From: Flavobacteriales bacterium
GTDB taxonomy: Bacteria > Bacteroidota > Bacteroidia > M30B66
Assembly (NCBI GenBank): GCA_040403315.1
Contig: JBBAKX010000004.1
Span: forward strand, 159,658 to 223,657
Length of the DNA stretch: 64,000 nucleotides
Direction of reading: 5' to 3'
Positions 1 through 8,663 of this stretch are shown piece by piece. A model generated the notes under the pieces. It saw only the letters and a list, made by a program, of their open reading frames with translations. It did no database searches and was not told the origin of the DNA. Both the position numbers and the translations under genes were made by a program. Within the stretch, counting starts at the first letter, position 1. Every line of letters begins with the position of its first letter.

Positions 1-254
1 TTCTTGGATTGTATATCGTTTAACGGTTTGGCCGCTAAGCTGCACGCAACCAGAAAGTGCGATAAATAATAGGAGGATTGTTTTCATTTATATAGAAGCA
101 AAGGTAAACTTATGCGAGTAGTTCAATCTTTCAGAATGAAAAAAATTGCACGAAAAGCAAGCGCATCACTTTCAACCATCGAAACAATCCGAAGATCTAT
201 TTAATTCACTGTAAATCAAATCCTTAACTTGATGAATTTAAGCTAGCTTCCAAC

Positions 255-1577
255 CTATTTCATCAACCACTTGTACAAGTCGTTTCCGTTGGCATACACA
301 AGCAAAGACAACAAAAGAACCATACCAACTAACTGTGCCCGCTCGAGTAATTTCTCGGACGGTTTACGGCCTGTAATCATTTCCCCGATAAGGAAAACCA
401 CGTGACCACCATCGAGTGCAGGAATGGGTAGAATGTTCATGAATGCCAACACGATCGACAAGAAAGCTGTGAAGCTCCAGAATTGACGCCAATCCCAGTC
501 TTTGTCGAACTGCTTAGCAATGGCAGCAAAACCACCCACTTGCTTGGCGCCTTCCTTGGTGAAAACGAGTTTAAACTGTTTCACATAGTTTTTAAGCGTT
601 GCTAAACCTTCGTTTATCCCCGCAGGGAAAGACGCGAAAAAGCCATACTTGATTGTTTCTACGTTGATGAATTTTTCTGGTCCGTAAGGAGCAAAACCGA
701 TTTTCCCTTCTGAACTAATACTTAGGTTAAGGCTCAGAGTATCTTTTCCGCGAAGCACTGTAACATCGGTAGTTTTGCCTTTCTGGATTTTCAATTCGTT
801 TTGTAAATCCGAGAAAAACTTCGTTGACACTCCCGCTACAGCAACAATTCGATCATCCTTGCGCAAGCCTGCTTTGAAATTTTCTGTTGAATCAGGAATT
901 TCGGCTACAACTGCTGGAAATGCAGGGAAAAACAATTTGGGTTCTTTTTGACCGATCACTTTTTCCGCGAAATCTTTGGCCATTGGGATCTTCACTTCTT
1001 CACCTCCACGATTTACCATCACAAAAGTTGGATTATCGAGCAACAAAGCCAGATTGGCTTCTTGGAAATGCTTTGGTTTGGTGCCATTCACTTCTAGTAG
1101 TACATCTCCTGTTCTAAAGCCTGCCGAAAGCGCTAAGCTATCGCTCACCATGATGCCGTCTTTCGCATTTTTGATAGGCAATATTTCCTTCCCCCAAACG
1201 AACAAAACGATGGCATAAAGGAGCATCCCAAGAATCAAATTCACGGTTACACCACCAATCATGATGATCAATCGTTGCCAAGCTGGCTTCGACCTGAACT
1301 CCCACGGTTGAGCTGGAAGTGACATCTGTTCTTTGTCCATCGATTCATCCACCATTCCCGAAATCTTCACATAACCTCCCAAAGGCAACCAGCCGATTCC
1401 ATACTCAGTATCTCCTTTTTTCACCTTGAAAAGTGAAAACCATGGATCGAAGAAGAGGTAGAATTTCTCTACTCGTGTTTTGAAAAGTCTTGCAGGAATA
1501 AAATGCCCCATTTCGTGAAGAACCACGAGAATCGAAAGGCTAAGAATCAATTGGGCAATAATGATGAGAACGTCCAT
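255..1577 (-). CDS. rseP: RIP (site-2) zinc metalloprotease RseP
   Basis: HEMGHF zinc-binding motif in the first TM helix at the N-terminus. PDZ-like middle region. C-terminal membrane segment with LDGG motif. 440 aa is typical for RseP. Confidence 0.85.
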   Translation of the reverse strand: MDVLIIIAQLILSLSILVVLHEMGHFIPARLFKTRVEKFYLFFDPWFSLFKVKKGDTEYGIGWLPLGGYVKISGMVDESMDKEQMSLPAQPWEFRSKPAWQRLIIMIGGVTVNLILGMLLYAIVLFVWGKEILPIKNAKDGIMVSDSLALSAGFRTGDVLLEVNGTKPKHFQEANLALLLDNPTFVMVNRGGEEVKIPMAKDFAEKVIGQKEPKLFFPAFPAVVAEIPDSTENFKAGLRKDDRIVAVAGVSTKFFSDLQNELKIQKGKTTDVTVLRGKDTLSLNLSISSEGKIGFAPYGPEKFINVETIKYGFFASFPAGINEGLATLKNYVKQFKLVFTKEGAKQVGGFAAIAKQFDKDWDWRQFWSFTAFLSIVLAFMNILPIPALDGGHVVFLIGEMITGRKPSEKLLERAQLVGMVLLLSLLVYANGNDLYKWLMK

Positions 1578-1633
1578 CAGGAATTAAATAAGGTTTGCAA
1601 AAGTAGGGAATTGATTGATGATCTTGGGGTAAA

Positions 1634-2812
1634 TCAACAAACCATTTGGGCTGCTTTCTCTTTGGCTATTTCGCGGGTTTCGCGGTCAGTATTCACATAC
1701 GTTTCATACGTTGGCTTTGCCACAAACGCGATGGTTTCCATACAATGTTGCACCAAATCGCTCATGTCAAGAAATCCAATTTGTCGGTTTAAAAAGGCTG
1801 CGACTGCAATTTCATTTGCCGCATTGAGGATGCAAGGCATGTTTCCGCCTTGGCGCATAGCGTCGAATGCCAAATCGAGATTTCTGAATGTATTTCGGTC
1901 TGGAGCTTCGAAAGTAAGTGATGGATAATTCATGAAATCGAACCTCGGAAAATCGGTCTGCAAACGCTTCGGATAAGTGAGTGCATATTGAATCGGAAGC
2001 TTCATATCAGGCAATCCCATTTGAGCTTTCATCGAACCATCGTTAAACTGCACTATACTATGTACAATGCTTTGTGGATGTACGATAACATCAATTTGGT
2101 CGGCTCGAAGATTAAACAACCATTTCGCTTCAATTACTTCAAGGCCTTTGTTCATCAACGATGCAGAGTCAATAGTGATTTTGGCTCCCATCTCCCAGTT
2201 GGGATGCTTCAAGGCTTGTTCGCGGGTCACGGCGCGCAAAAAATCAGTGTCTTTTCCTCTAAACGGACCGCCAGAAGCGGTGAGATAAATTTTCTCGATT
2301 TTATTTTCCCATTCTCCAGCAAGGCATTGAAAAATCGCCGAATGTTCAGAATCGACAGGATAGATATTTACACCTTTTTCCTTCGCCAAAACGGTGATTA
2401 GCTCACCTGCAACTACCAAGGTTTCTTTGTTCGCCAAAGCAATATGCTTTCCTGCGTTAATGGCTGCAACGGTAGGTCGTAAACCAGCATAGCCCATACA
2501 AGCGGTAAGTACAATCTGTGTAGATTCTTGTTCCATCATTTGTACGATGGCATCATCACCTGCAAAAACCTTAATTGGCAAGGCATTTAGCGCATCACGC
2601 ACCTCGGTGTACTTTTCTTCATTGCCAACAACGACTGTTCCGGGTAGAAACTCTTGTGCCTGTTGAATCAACAATTCGGCATTCGAATGACCAATCAAAC
2701 AATCAAGTTCGAAATAATCAGGATTTGCGCGCACTACATCAAGTGCCTGTGTTCCTATAGATCCAGTAGATCCAAGGATGGTAAGGTGTTTTTTCGGGGC
2801 AAGCTGACTCAT
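1634..2812 (-). CDS. dxr: 1-deoxy-D-xylulose 5-phosphate reductoisomerase
   Basis: LTILGSTGSIG NADPH-binding N-terminus, with conserved Dxr core motifs (LANKE, DSEHSAIFQ, LTASGGPF). The track ORF extends to 2899, but that extension (MYFILKTLYFILKT) is the translation of a 21-bp tandem DNA repeat. The likely true start is the Met of MSQLAPKK at 2812. Confidence 0.85.
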   Translation of the reverse strand: MSQLAPKKHLTILGSTGSIGTQALDVVRANPDYFELDCLIGHSNAELLIQQAQEFLPGTVVVGNEEKYTEVRDALNALPIKVFAGDDAIVQMMEQESTQIVLTACMGYAGLRPTVAAINAGKHIALANKETLVVAGELITVLAKEKGVNIYPVDSEHSAIFQCLAGEWENKIEKIYLTASGGPFRGKDTDFLRAVTREQALKHPNWEMGAKITIDSASLMNKGLEVIEAKWLFNLRADQIDVIVHPQSIVHSIVQFNDGSMKAQMGLPDMKLPIQYALTYPKRLQTDFPRFDFMNYPSLTFEAPDRNTFRNLDLAFDAMRQGGNMPCILNAANEIAVAAFLNRQIGFLDMSDLVQHCMETIAFVAKPTYETYVNTDRETREIAKEKAAQMVC

Positions 2813-2858
2813 TGTGCAAAGAACGCAAAAAAGAAGGCTAGCGCGAGAATAGATGTTA

Positions 2859-2925
2859 GTCTTGAGTATAAAGTACAAAGTCTTGAGTATAAAGTACAAA
2901 GTCTAAGGACTTCAGACTAAAGACT
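2859..2925. repeat. Tandem direct repeat: 21-bp unit GTCTTGAGTATAAAGTACAAA x2 plus partial copy, followed by AGACTAA x2
   Basis: Read directly: 2859-2879 and 2880-2900 are identical. A partial third copy starts at 2901. agactaaagactaa follows at 2914-2927. Confidence 0.8.
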
Positions 2926-3235
2926 AACCAGGGCGCGCCCCTGTGGGTCACGTGCTTGGCTATAGGCTGCTCCGTAAACTTCGCAGCGCTATTTGCCTCG
3001 TCCGTTCGCGCAGGACCTCGATTCAAATGAACCGATGATTTTATTGCAATACATCAAGGCAATTGAAGATTTTACAGGTATTCCAACAAGATATTGTTTC
3101 GATGATAAATCCTGAAAATTAAATACCAAACTAACTATCAAAGTTTTACAAGCAAAAACGGCAGATGGAAACTGAGGTTAAACACAATAAATAAAATAAT
3201 CATCGCATTGATTTTGTGAATATTAACCCCTTTTG

Positions 3236-3254
3236 AAACGGTTATAATCGTTTA
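3236..3254. promoter_or_regulatory. Palindromic motif AAACGGTTATAATCGTTTA (copy 1 of 2 in window)
   Basis: AAACG/CGTTT inverted arms around an 8-nt GTTATAAT spacer. A near-identical copy lies at 39506-39524. Both are intergenic. Confidence 0.35.
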
Positions 3255-3467
3255 TATCCGACTAGAATTTGTTGGATAAAAACTAGAATCTTAGATTGCC
3301 CCTTGGGAAGGGGATAGTTGGGTTTTCCCTAAAAAATAAAATTTATAAGTTAATAGAAAGTTATGAACGACACTTTTTCATAACCAATCTAATTGGCAAT
3401 AAATTAAACTTATTGATTTACTTGCAGAAATACCTAGAAAAGGCGAAAATTCCGAGTTTGATTGCCT

Positions 3468-3860
3468 TCAAATAAATAAATAGATAAGGACAGCATAGAC
3501 CAATATTGGCAGAGCTACGCAAATCCAAACAGATGTAGCGAAATAATTGCTTCCGAAGCGATTGAAATAGTTTAAGAATCGCACAGATCTTAAAAAGAGA
3601 GCATCGGAAAAAGTGACGGAATCCCGACAACCTAGCATAAACCCCAATGCAACAAATAAAAATGCAAATTTCAAATAATGAACGCCTAAGCCATAATCAA
3701 TAAGCGCAAGCCAGGAAAAGGGAATACATAAATAATATAGAACAATGTTGATTTCATTGTAAGTACGCCCTGTCTTTGAAGCAATATAATACAGGCTTCT
3801 AGCAACAATTGAAAAAATACGGTTGATCATAGATATCGAATTAATATAGATGAGAAACAA
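3468..3860 (-). CDS. hypothetical polytopic membrane protein (about 4 TM)
   Basis: Only ORF in a 1.1-kb AT-rich gap. The translation is strongly hydrophobic with about 4 predicted helices. No recognisable domain. Confidence 0.3.
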   Translation of the reverse strand: MFLIYINSISMINRIFSIVARSLYYIASKTGRTYNEINIVLYYLCIPFSWLALIDYGLGVHYLKFAFLFVALGFMLGCRDSVTFSDALFLRSVRFLNYFNRFGSNYFATSVWICVALPILVYAVLIYLFI

Positions 3861-4066
3861 AGTGGAGGAGTTAACTGCAACCTATTTGCATGTAAGTTAA
3901 AAATATGAGTGAAGAGTAATACTCATTTTGAAGTCTGGCTAAATTTTGGGACACACTAAAAGAGACAGTTACGGTATTTTTTAATTTTTTAATTCCTTAT
4001 TTTTGACAAAGAAAGAAATATTATCTATTTTTTGCGTTTGCAATCAACATGAGTTCAAACTAAAAT

Positions 4067-5956
4067 ATGAAATTTAACGATAGCCATAAAGCCGTCTTCC
4101 TTCCTGTTTGCGAAAAAGTACTTTGTCAATACAAAGGCTTTGTGATGAACAATGAAATGTGTCAAGAAATATCGGAAAATGATGTATTTTACATTAAAAA
4201 AGATTATACACACAATGAACCTTTGGGGAATCTAAAAAAAATAATTATAGTTTTTCTGATACTGCCGTTTCTTCCCTTCATCATTATAGGGGCAATAATT
4301 GATACAATAAATAACAATGAGAGATTCCTGAGCATACTCGGGAATATAATGATCACCATATTGGGATTATTTTTCAGAAATAGAATTACTATTACTTCTG
4401 AAAAATACAAGAAAGAACGTTACAAAGAAATCGTAGAAGAGGATATTCCTGGTTTTATAAAGCATTGCCACTCACACTTTGCAAAAGTTTATCTCTATTC
4501 CTATACCGAATTAACTTCAAGTGATCAACAAAGAGTAAATGAGTTGATTGGAAATGGTTCTGTGCAAGGGATACAAATCATTGAAAGCCTTTCAGACCTT
4601 TCTACGCTGATTCAAGAGCATAAAATATCTGTTCATAATTCTTTTCTTGTTTTACTTTCTGAAGATTTAATCGAAGTGAAAAACGCAAAGAAATTGGGTT
4701 TTAGCGATTTGTTTGTGTCAAATAAAATTGGAGTCTGGGGCAAAAGGAATTTCAATGGAAAAAGCTCGTTAAGTTGGAATAGCAGGGAAACATTAGTATC
4801 GATGAAAGAAAATGTCTTCCATTATATCCATGCAAAGAAGAATGTTTATTTCGATAACCAAACTGTCGTTTTTATTGAAGAAGAAAAGGATGACTTTCTC
4901 AATAAATATATATCTCAAAACTATGATAATCTTTGCACCAGATTCCATGAAAAAGGAATGCGATTTATTTATTTCCCTTCATTAAAGGATGGATTATCTG
5001 AACTTCCTGAAAATATATACTCCTACTTAAAAATAAAAATCCCATATCTATACAACTTACAAGACAATGAAATAAAAGAACTTATTACAGAATTCATAGC
5101 AAATATTGATGAGGAATCATTTGTTAAATATTGCATTGAACCACTTGAATTGCCTTATTTCAGAAGACCTTGCTTGTTAAGAAGCATGTCTAGTGGTTGG
5201 AAAAATACTGAGAATCGATTTACCTATAAACCACTAATCTATAGTTCAGAAGAAGATCTGGACAACCTTTTCGACCAGTATTTTTTACAGCTTGTAATAC
5301 CCGATGACGAAGATGGGGTTCGCTACAGAAGAGAATCACCGCCTCCAGAATACGAAAGTGATTACCACTTTTATAGAGATGCATTTAAAGATGAGCCAGA
5401 ACTTAAAGAGAAAATAGATCAGCTTAAAGCACAAGGCAATTACGGTGTTCTAGCCGAAGCAGTTATCTACATGATGGCGACACTAAAAAATGTTAAACCG
5501 GAAATACTTCAAAAAATTCAGCCATTAATTGAAGGTAGAGATTTAGAAAAAAAAGCGGAAGTATTAAGCCCAATCTATATCGACAAAGAAAATCGCATAT
5601 TTCTACCATCTTATGGAAACAGGGAAATAAAACTCCATGCCTTGCCCAAAACAGTCTACTTCCTTTTCCTGAAAAACCCTGGCGGAATTCGCTTTAAAGA
5701 AATTCACTTGCATAAGAAAGAATTAATGGAGATTTATGCCGATATAAGTCCTAAAAGCGACTTAGAAAGTATGAGAAAATCGATTGATGATTTAGTGGAT
5801 AGCACCAATCCTTCGTTGAATCAAAAATGCAGTCGAATTCGACAAGAAATCTTAAGCATTATTGATGAACCATTAGCAAAGTATTACTATATAGATGGGT
5901 ATAGGGGCGAAGAAAAGAAGATCAAAATTGATCCATCCTATATACATTTTGAGTAG
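4067..5956 (+). CDS. hypothetical protein, N-terminal 2-TM anchor plus ~530-aa soluble region of unknown function
   Basis: 629-aa ORF. Hydrophobic helices at about residues 58-77 and 88-103. No catalytic or known-domain motif recognised. Very AT-rich codon usage relative to the core genes. Confidence 0.6.
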   Translation: MKFNDSHKAVFLPVCEKVLCQYKGFVMNNEMCQEISENDVFYIKKDYTHNEPLGNLKKIIIVFLILPFLPFIIIGAIIDTINNNERFLSILGNIMITILGLFFRNRITITSEKYKKERYKEIVEEDIPGFIKHCHSHFAKVYLYSYTELTSSDQQRVNELIGNGSVQGIQIIESLSDLSTLIQEHKISVHNSFLVLLSEDLIEVKNAKKLGFSDLFVSNKIGVWGKRNFNGKSSLSWNSRETLVSMKENVFHYIHAKKNVYFDNQTVVFIEEEKDDFLNKYISQNYDNLCTRFHEKGMRFIYFPSLKDGLSELPENIYSYLKIKIPYLYNLQDNEIKELITEFIANIDEESFVKYCIEPLELPYFRRPCLLRSMSSGWKNTENRFTYKPLIYSSEEDLDNLFDQYFLQLVIPDDEDGVRYRRESPPPEYESDYHFYRDAFKDEPELKEKIDQLKAQGNYGVLAEAVIYMMATLKNVKPEILQKIQPLIEGRDLEKKAEVLSPIYIDKENRIFLPSYGNREIKLHALPKTVYFLFLKNPGGIRFKEIHLHKKELMEIYADISPKSDLESMRKSIDDLVDSTNPSLNQKCSRIRQEILSIIDEPLAKYYYIDGYRGEEKKIKIDPSYIHFE

Positions 5957-6206
5957 GCAATAAGTTTGAGTATAAATACCTATTCGACACTACAGTAGTC
6001 CATTCATTATCCAAGACCTTAATTTTATATTTATGATAATGTGATCGTTAAAGTAAAATTACTACACTGCAAGGTTGCAGAAATCAGGATAGCATTTTAA
6101 AGGAAAATACATTTGCTTTCGGTTTTAAACATTAAGACCTAAACCTATTATTCAATTTGCAAATACAATGCAAGCGCCTGCTGCATGTTTGCTTTCTAGA
6201 TGAAGT

Positions 6207-7199
6207 ATGCCAGTTAATAAAAGCGCCTTAATTAGATATATGGCTTTGGATCGATGTCTCCAGAGAAAATATCGTCCATATACGCTTGAAGGCTTACTGA
6301 GAGAAGTGAATAGATGCCTTGAAGAAGCCGGTTATAGTCAATCGGATAGTATTGCATTAAGAACTCTCTATGCAGATTTGAAATTCATGGAAAGTGAGGC
6401 AGGATTTGCGGCTCCAATCATTAGAGATAAAAAGAATGGACATAAATTGTATTACTACGATGATCCAGAATTTTCAGCCATTGGAGTGTATTCATCGCTT
6501 CACAATGAAGGCTTGGAGCTAATTGCCCACAGCAAAGGAATCCTTCCATTTGAATGGATTACGGAACGTTTATACAATACCAAGCATCCTTTAATTAAAA
6601 AAAGAACGCTCATTCGTTTTACGCACAATCCATTTGTTGCCGGACAAGCTTGGGTAAAGAAATTATATGATCTCATCCTTGAGCAAGTAGCTGTCAAAAT
6701 TGAGTTAACCGTTAACGACAAACCATCTAATTACGACCTACACCCTTGGCAAATTAGAGAGCACAAAGGGAGGTGGTTTTCACTGGGAAAAGCAATCAAT
6801 GCATCCATTACACCGGTTATTATTGCATTAGCAGACATACATTCCATAGAACCCAATACTGATATAATTTATCTCCCTCCTTTAGAAACCGATTGGGATG
6901 AATTATTTGAAGATTGCATTGGTCCAATTCCTCCCATAGGTGAAAAGCCAGAGTTAATAAAACTCATAGCCAATAACCATATAGATAAATTTCTCCAAAA
7001 TAAACCATTGCACCATTCACAAAAAAGAAGAAAACTAGAAGAAAACCAAGTTGAGTATCAATTCAAACTCATATTGGACAATGAGCTAGAAAGGCAATTA
7101 TTGATGCTTGGCCCTGGAATAAGTGTTGCAAAGCCAGAAAATCTGCGAAATCGAATGAAAGAGATCACAAAACAAATGCACACTATTTATTTAGAATAA
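6207..7199 (+). CDS. WYL-domain transcriptional regulator (YafY/BrxR/CapW-like)
   Basis: N-terminal wHTH carrying the family hallmark RTLYADLKFMES...GFAAPI...YYY. Central WYL-like segment HPWQIREHKGRWFSLGKA. 330 aa fits the HTH-WYL-WCX architecture. Confidence 0.7.
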   Translation: MPVNKSALIRYMALDRCLQRKYRPYTLEGLLREVNRCLEEAGYSQSDSIALRTLYADLKFMESEAGFAAPIIRDKKNGHKLYYYDDPEFSAIGVYSSLHNEGLELIAHSKGILPFEWITERLYNTKHPLIKKRTLIRFTHNPFVAGQAWVKKLYDLILEQVAVKIELTVNDKPSNYDLHPWQIREHKGRWFSLGKAINASITPVIIALADIHSIEPNTDIIYLPPLETDWDELFEDCIGPIPPIGEKPELIKLIANNHIDKFLQNKPLHHSQKRRKLEENQVEYQFKLILDNELERQLLMLGPGISVAKPENLRNRMKEITKQMHTIYLE

Positions 7200-7403
7200 A
7201 TGTCAATATGCAAAAAGAGCGCACACTCACTTTAGAAATTTGAAATCCTTATTAGACGGTAGAATAGTTATGCTCACCAAGGGCTATTGCTTTCTTTTCT
7301 ACTTCCTAAATGAAATTGAAAAGAGCTTTATGATTAAAGCGAATAGTTAAATCTATTAAGCAATAGCCTTTGGTTTAACTCCTAACACAAACAATAAAAT
7401 TCA

Positions 7404-7799
7404 ATGTGGAATAAAATTATGGTTGTAGCAGAATGGTTTGGCGAAATGGCCGAACGCTACAAATCAATACGTGATTTTAACAAAGCTGCTAAATACTCTT
7501 TTGTATCTGGAAATGCTCCTACTCTACTCGAAGTAAAGATAACAAAGGGTGACAGCAATTTTAAGCATGCATTTTCGAAATGGATGGGAGGAGGATTTAG
7601 AATAAAAGCATTAGCTGGAAGACCTATGAGCAATATAGAACTCCGCGAAATTGGAGGTATAGTCCTTGATAATGAAGAGCTTGTAAGAAAGCTTGTTTCT
7701 CTAGGATGGGACACGCTTGAAATTCATTCTAATGAAGGAACACAAGGGTTAAAGTGGCCATTAAAAGATTACGCAAGACTCGGAGGATTTTTAAAATAA
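7404..7799 (+). CDS. hypothetical protein (131 aa), first gene of a compact 5-gene operon
   Basis: ORF followed 7 nt later by the next gene. No recognisable motif. The start may instead be the internal Met of MVVAEWF. Confidence 0.45.
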   Translation: MWNKIMVVAEWFGEMAERYKSIRDFNKAAKYSFVSGNAPTLLEVKITKGDSNFKHAFSKWMGGGFRIKALAGRPMSNIELREIGGIVLDNEELVRKLVSLGWDTLEIHSNEGTQGLKWPLKDYARLGGFLK

Positions 7800-7805
7800 G
7801 CATTC

Positions 7806-8201
7806 ATGATATCAGAATTCATTCATAATCATTCCATTATACTTCTCAAAATATGCTCGATATTGGCATTTATCGAGTTGGTTATAATCTTAGCATTGAT
7901 TAGATATACTTTAAAAAATCGCAACAAATTAAGTGATGAAGAATTGTCACAACTTGAAAAATTAAAAGATGCCAAGCGTGCAGATATTGATATGAATGGC
8001 CTCCTAGACAGCATCAATAATTCGAAAGCAATACACAGAGAACTTATTACGAAATGCCACCCTGACAGATTTATAGATCAAGGCTTGAGAGAAAAGGCGA
8101 ATGCTATTATCCAGGAGATAAACCAAAATAAAAACAATTACTCAGTATTGGTTCAATTAAAAAGTAAAGCGGAACAAGAACTAAACATTCAATTCAACTA
8201 A
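7806..8201 (+). CDS. DjlA-like membrane-anchored J-domain (DnaJ-like) protein
   Basis: N-terminal TM helix (IILLKICSILAFIELVIILALI). C-terminal segment KAIHRELITKCHPDRFIDQGLREKANAIIQEINQNKNNYSVL aligns with the DjlA J-domain, including the HPD loop and helix III. Confidence 0.55.
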   Translation: MISEFIHNHSIILLKICSILAFIELVIILALIRYTLKNRNKLSDEELSQLEKLKDAKRADIDMNGLLDSINNSKAIHRELITKCHPDRFIDQGLREKANAIIQEINQNKNNYSVLVQLKSKAEQELNIQFN

Positions 8202-8203
8202 AG

Positions 8204-8416
8204 ATGCAATCACCAGGAATTTTATTTGTCCAGCTAGGACTCCGTATCGTAGGAGCTATAGTTTGCTCTTCAAAAGCCCGTTCATTAAACCGAAATTCAG
8301 GTGCTTGGGGATTATTTGGATTTATGATGCCGATAATAGCAATGATTTGGATTCAATTTATGAAGCCTATAGTAGATTGGAACAAAGGGTCGGATGAACA
8401 TGATACATACAATTAA
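8204..8416 (+). CDS. small membrane protein (70 aa, 2 TM)
   Basis: Starts 3 nt after the previous stop. Two hydrophobic helices. Confidence 0.4.
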   Translation: MQSPGILFVQLGLRIVGAIVCSSKARSLNRNSGAWGLFGFMMPIIAMIWIQFMKPIVDWNKGSDEHDTYN

Positions 8417-8428
8417 ATCAATAACGAA

Positions 8429-8635
8429 ATGAGTGATTCAAGCGAAGCTGGTTGTCTAAGCATAGCAATCATAATCATTACTGTAGCCATTTCAATTGGT
8501 TCTGGAATGATTGCATGGAATTGGATTGAACCTGAAGGTTTTTGGGGCGCTATTGTCTTCATCATTGCATGGGGAGTATTGAGCAAAATAGGGCATCTCG
8601 TAGCCATGGGAATTGCAGCACTACTTTTTAGTTAA
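8429..8635 (+). CDS. small membrane protein (68 aa, 2 TM)
   Basis: Tightly packed within the operon. Two hydrophobic helices. Confidence 0.4.
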   Translation: MSDSSEAGCLSIAIIIITVAISIGSGMIAWNWIEPEGFWGAIVFIIAWGVLSKIGHLVAMGIAALLFS

Positions 8636-8663
8636 ATGAACCTTTCAATTTTTAATCATCGAA

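Noticed and set aside
887-2920. Multiple 60-140-aa ORFs overlapping rseP and dxr on the opposite strand
   Set aside because: Antisense shadow ORFs inside well-supported genes. They have no motifs and no independent start or stop context.
2925-3030. Possible SRP (4.5S) RNA, tRNA or tmRNA in the GC-rich island
   Set aside because: Partial resemblance to SRP helix-8 strings (GAGCAGCC, GCUG..UUUAC) was seen. The GGAA tetraloop and SRP54-binding loops are absent. No tRNA cloverleaf or T-arm (GGTTCGAnTCC) and no tmRNA termini were found. Kept only as an unclassified structured element.
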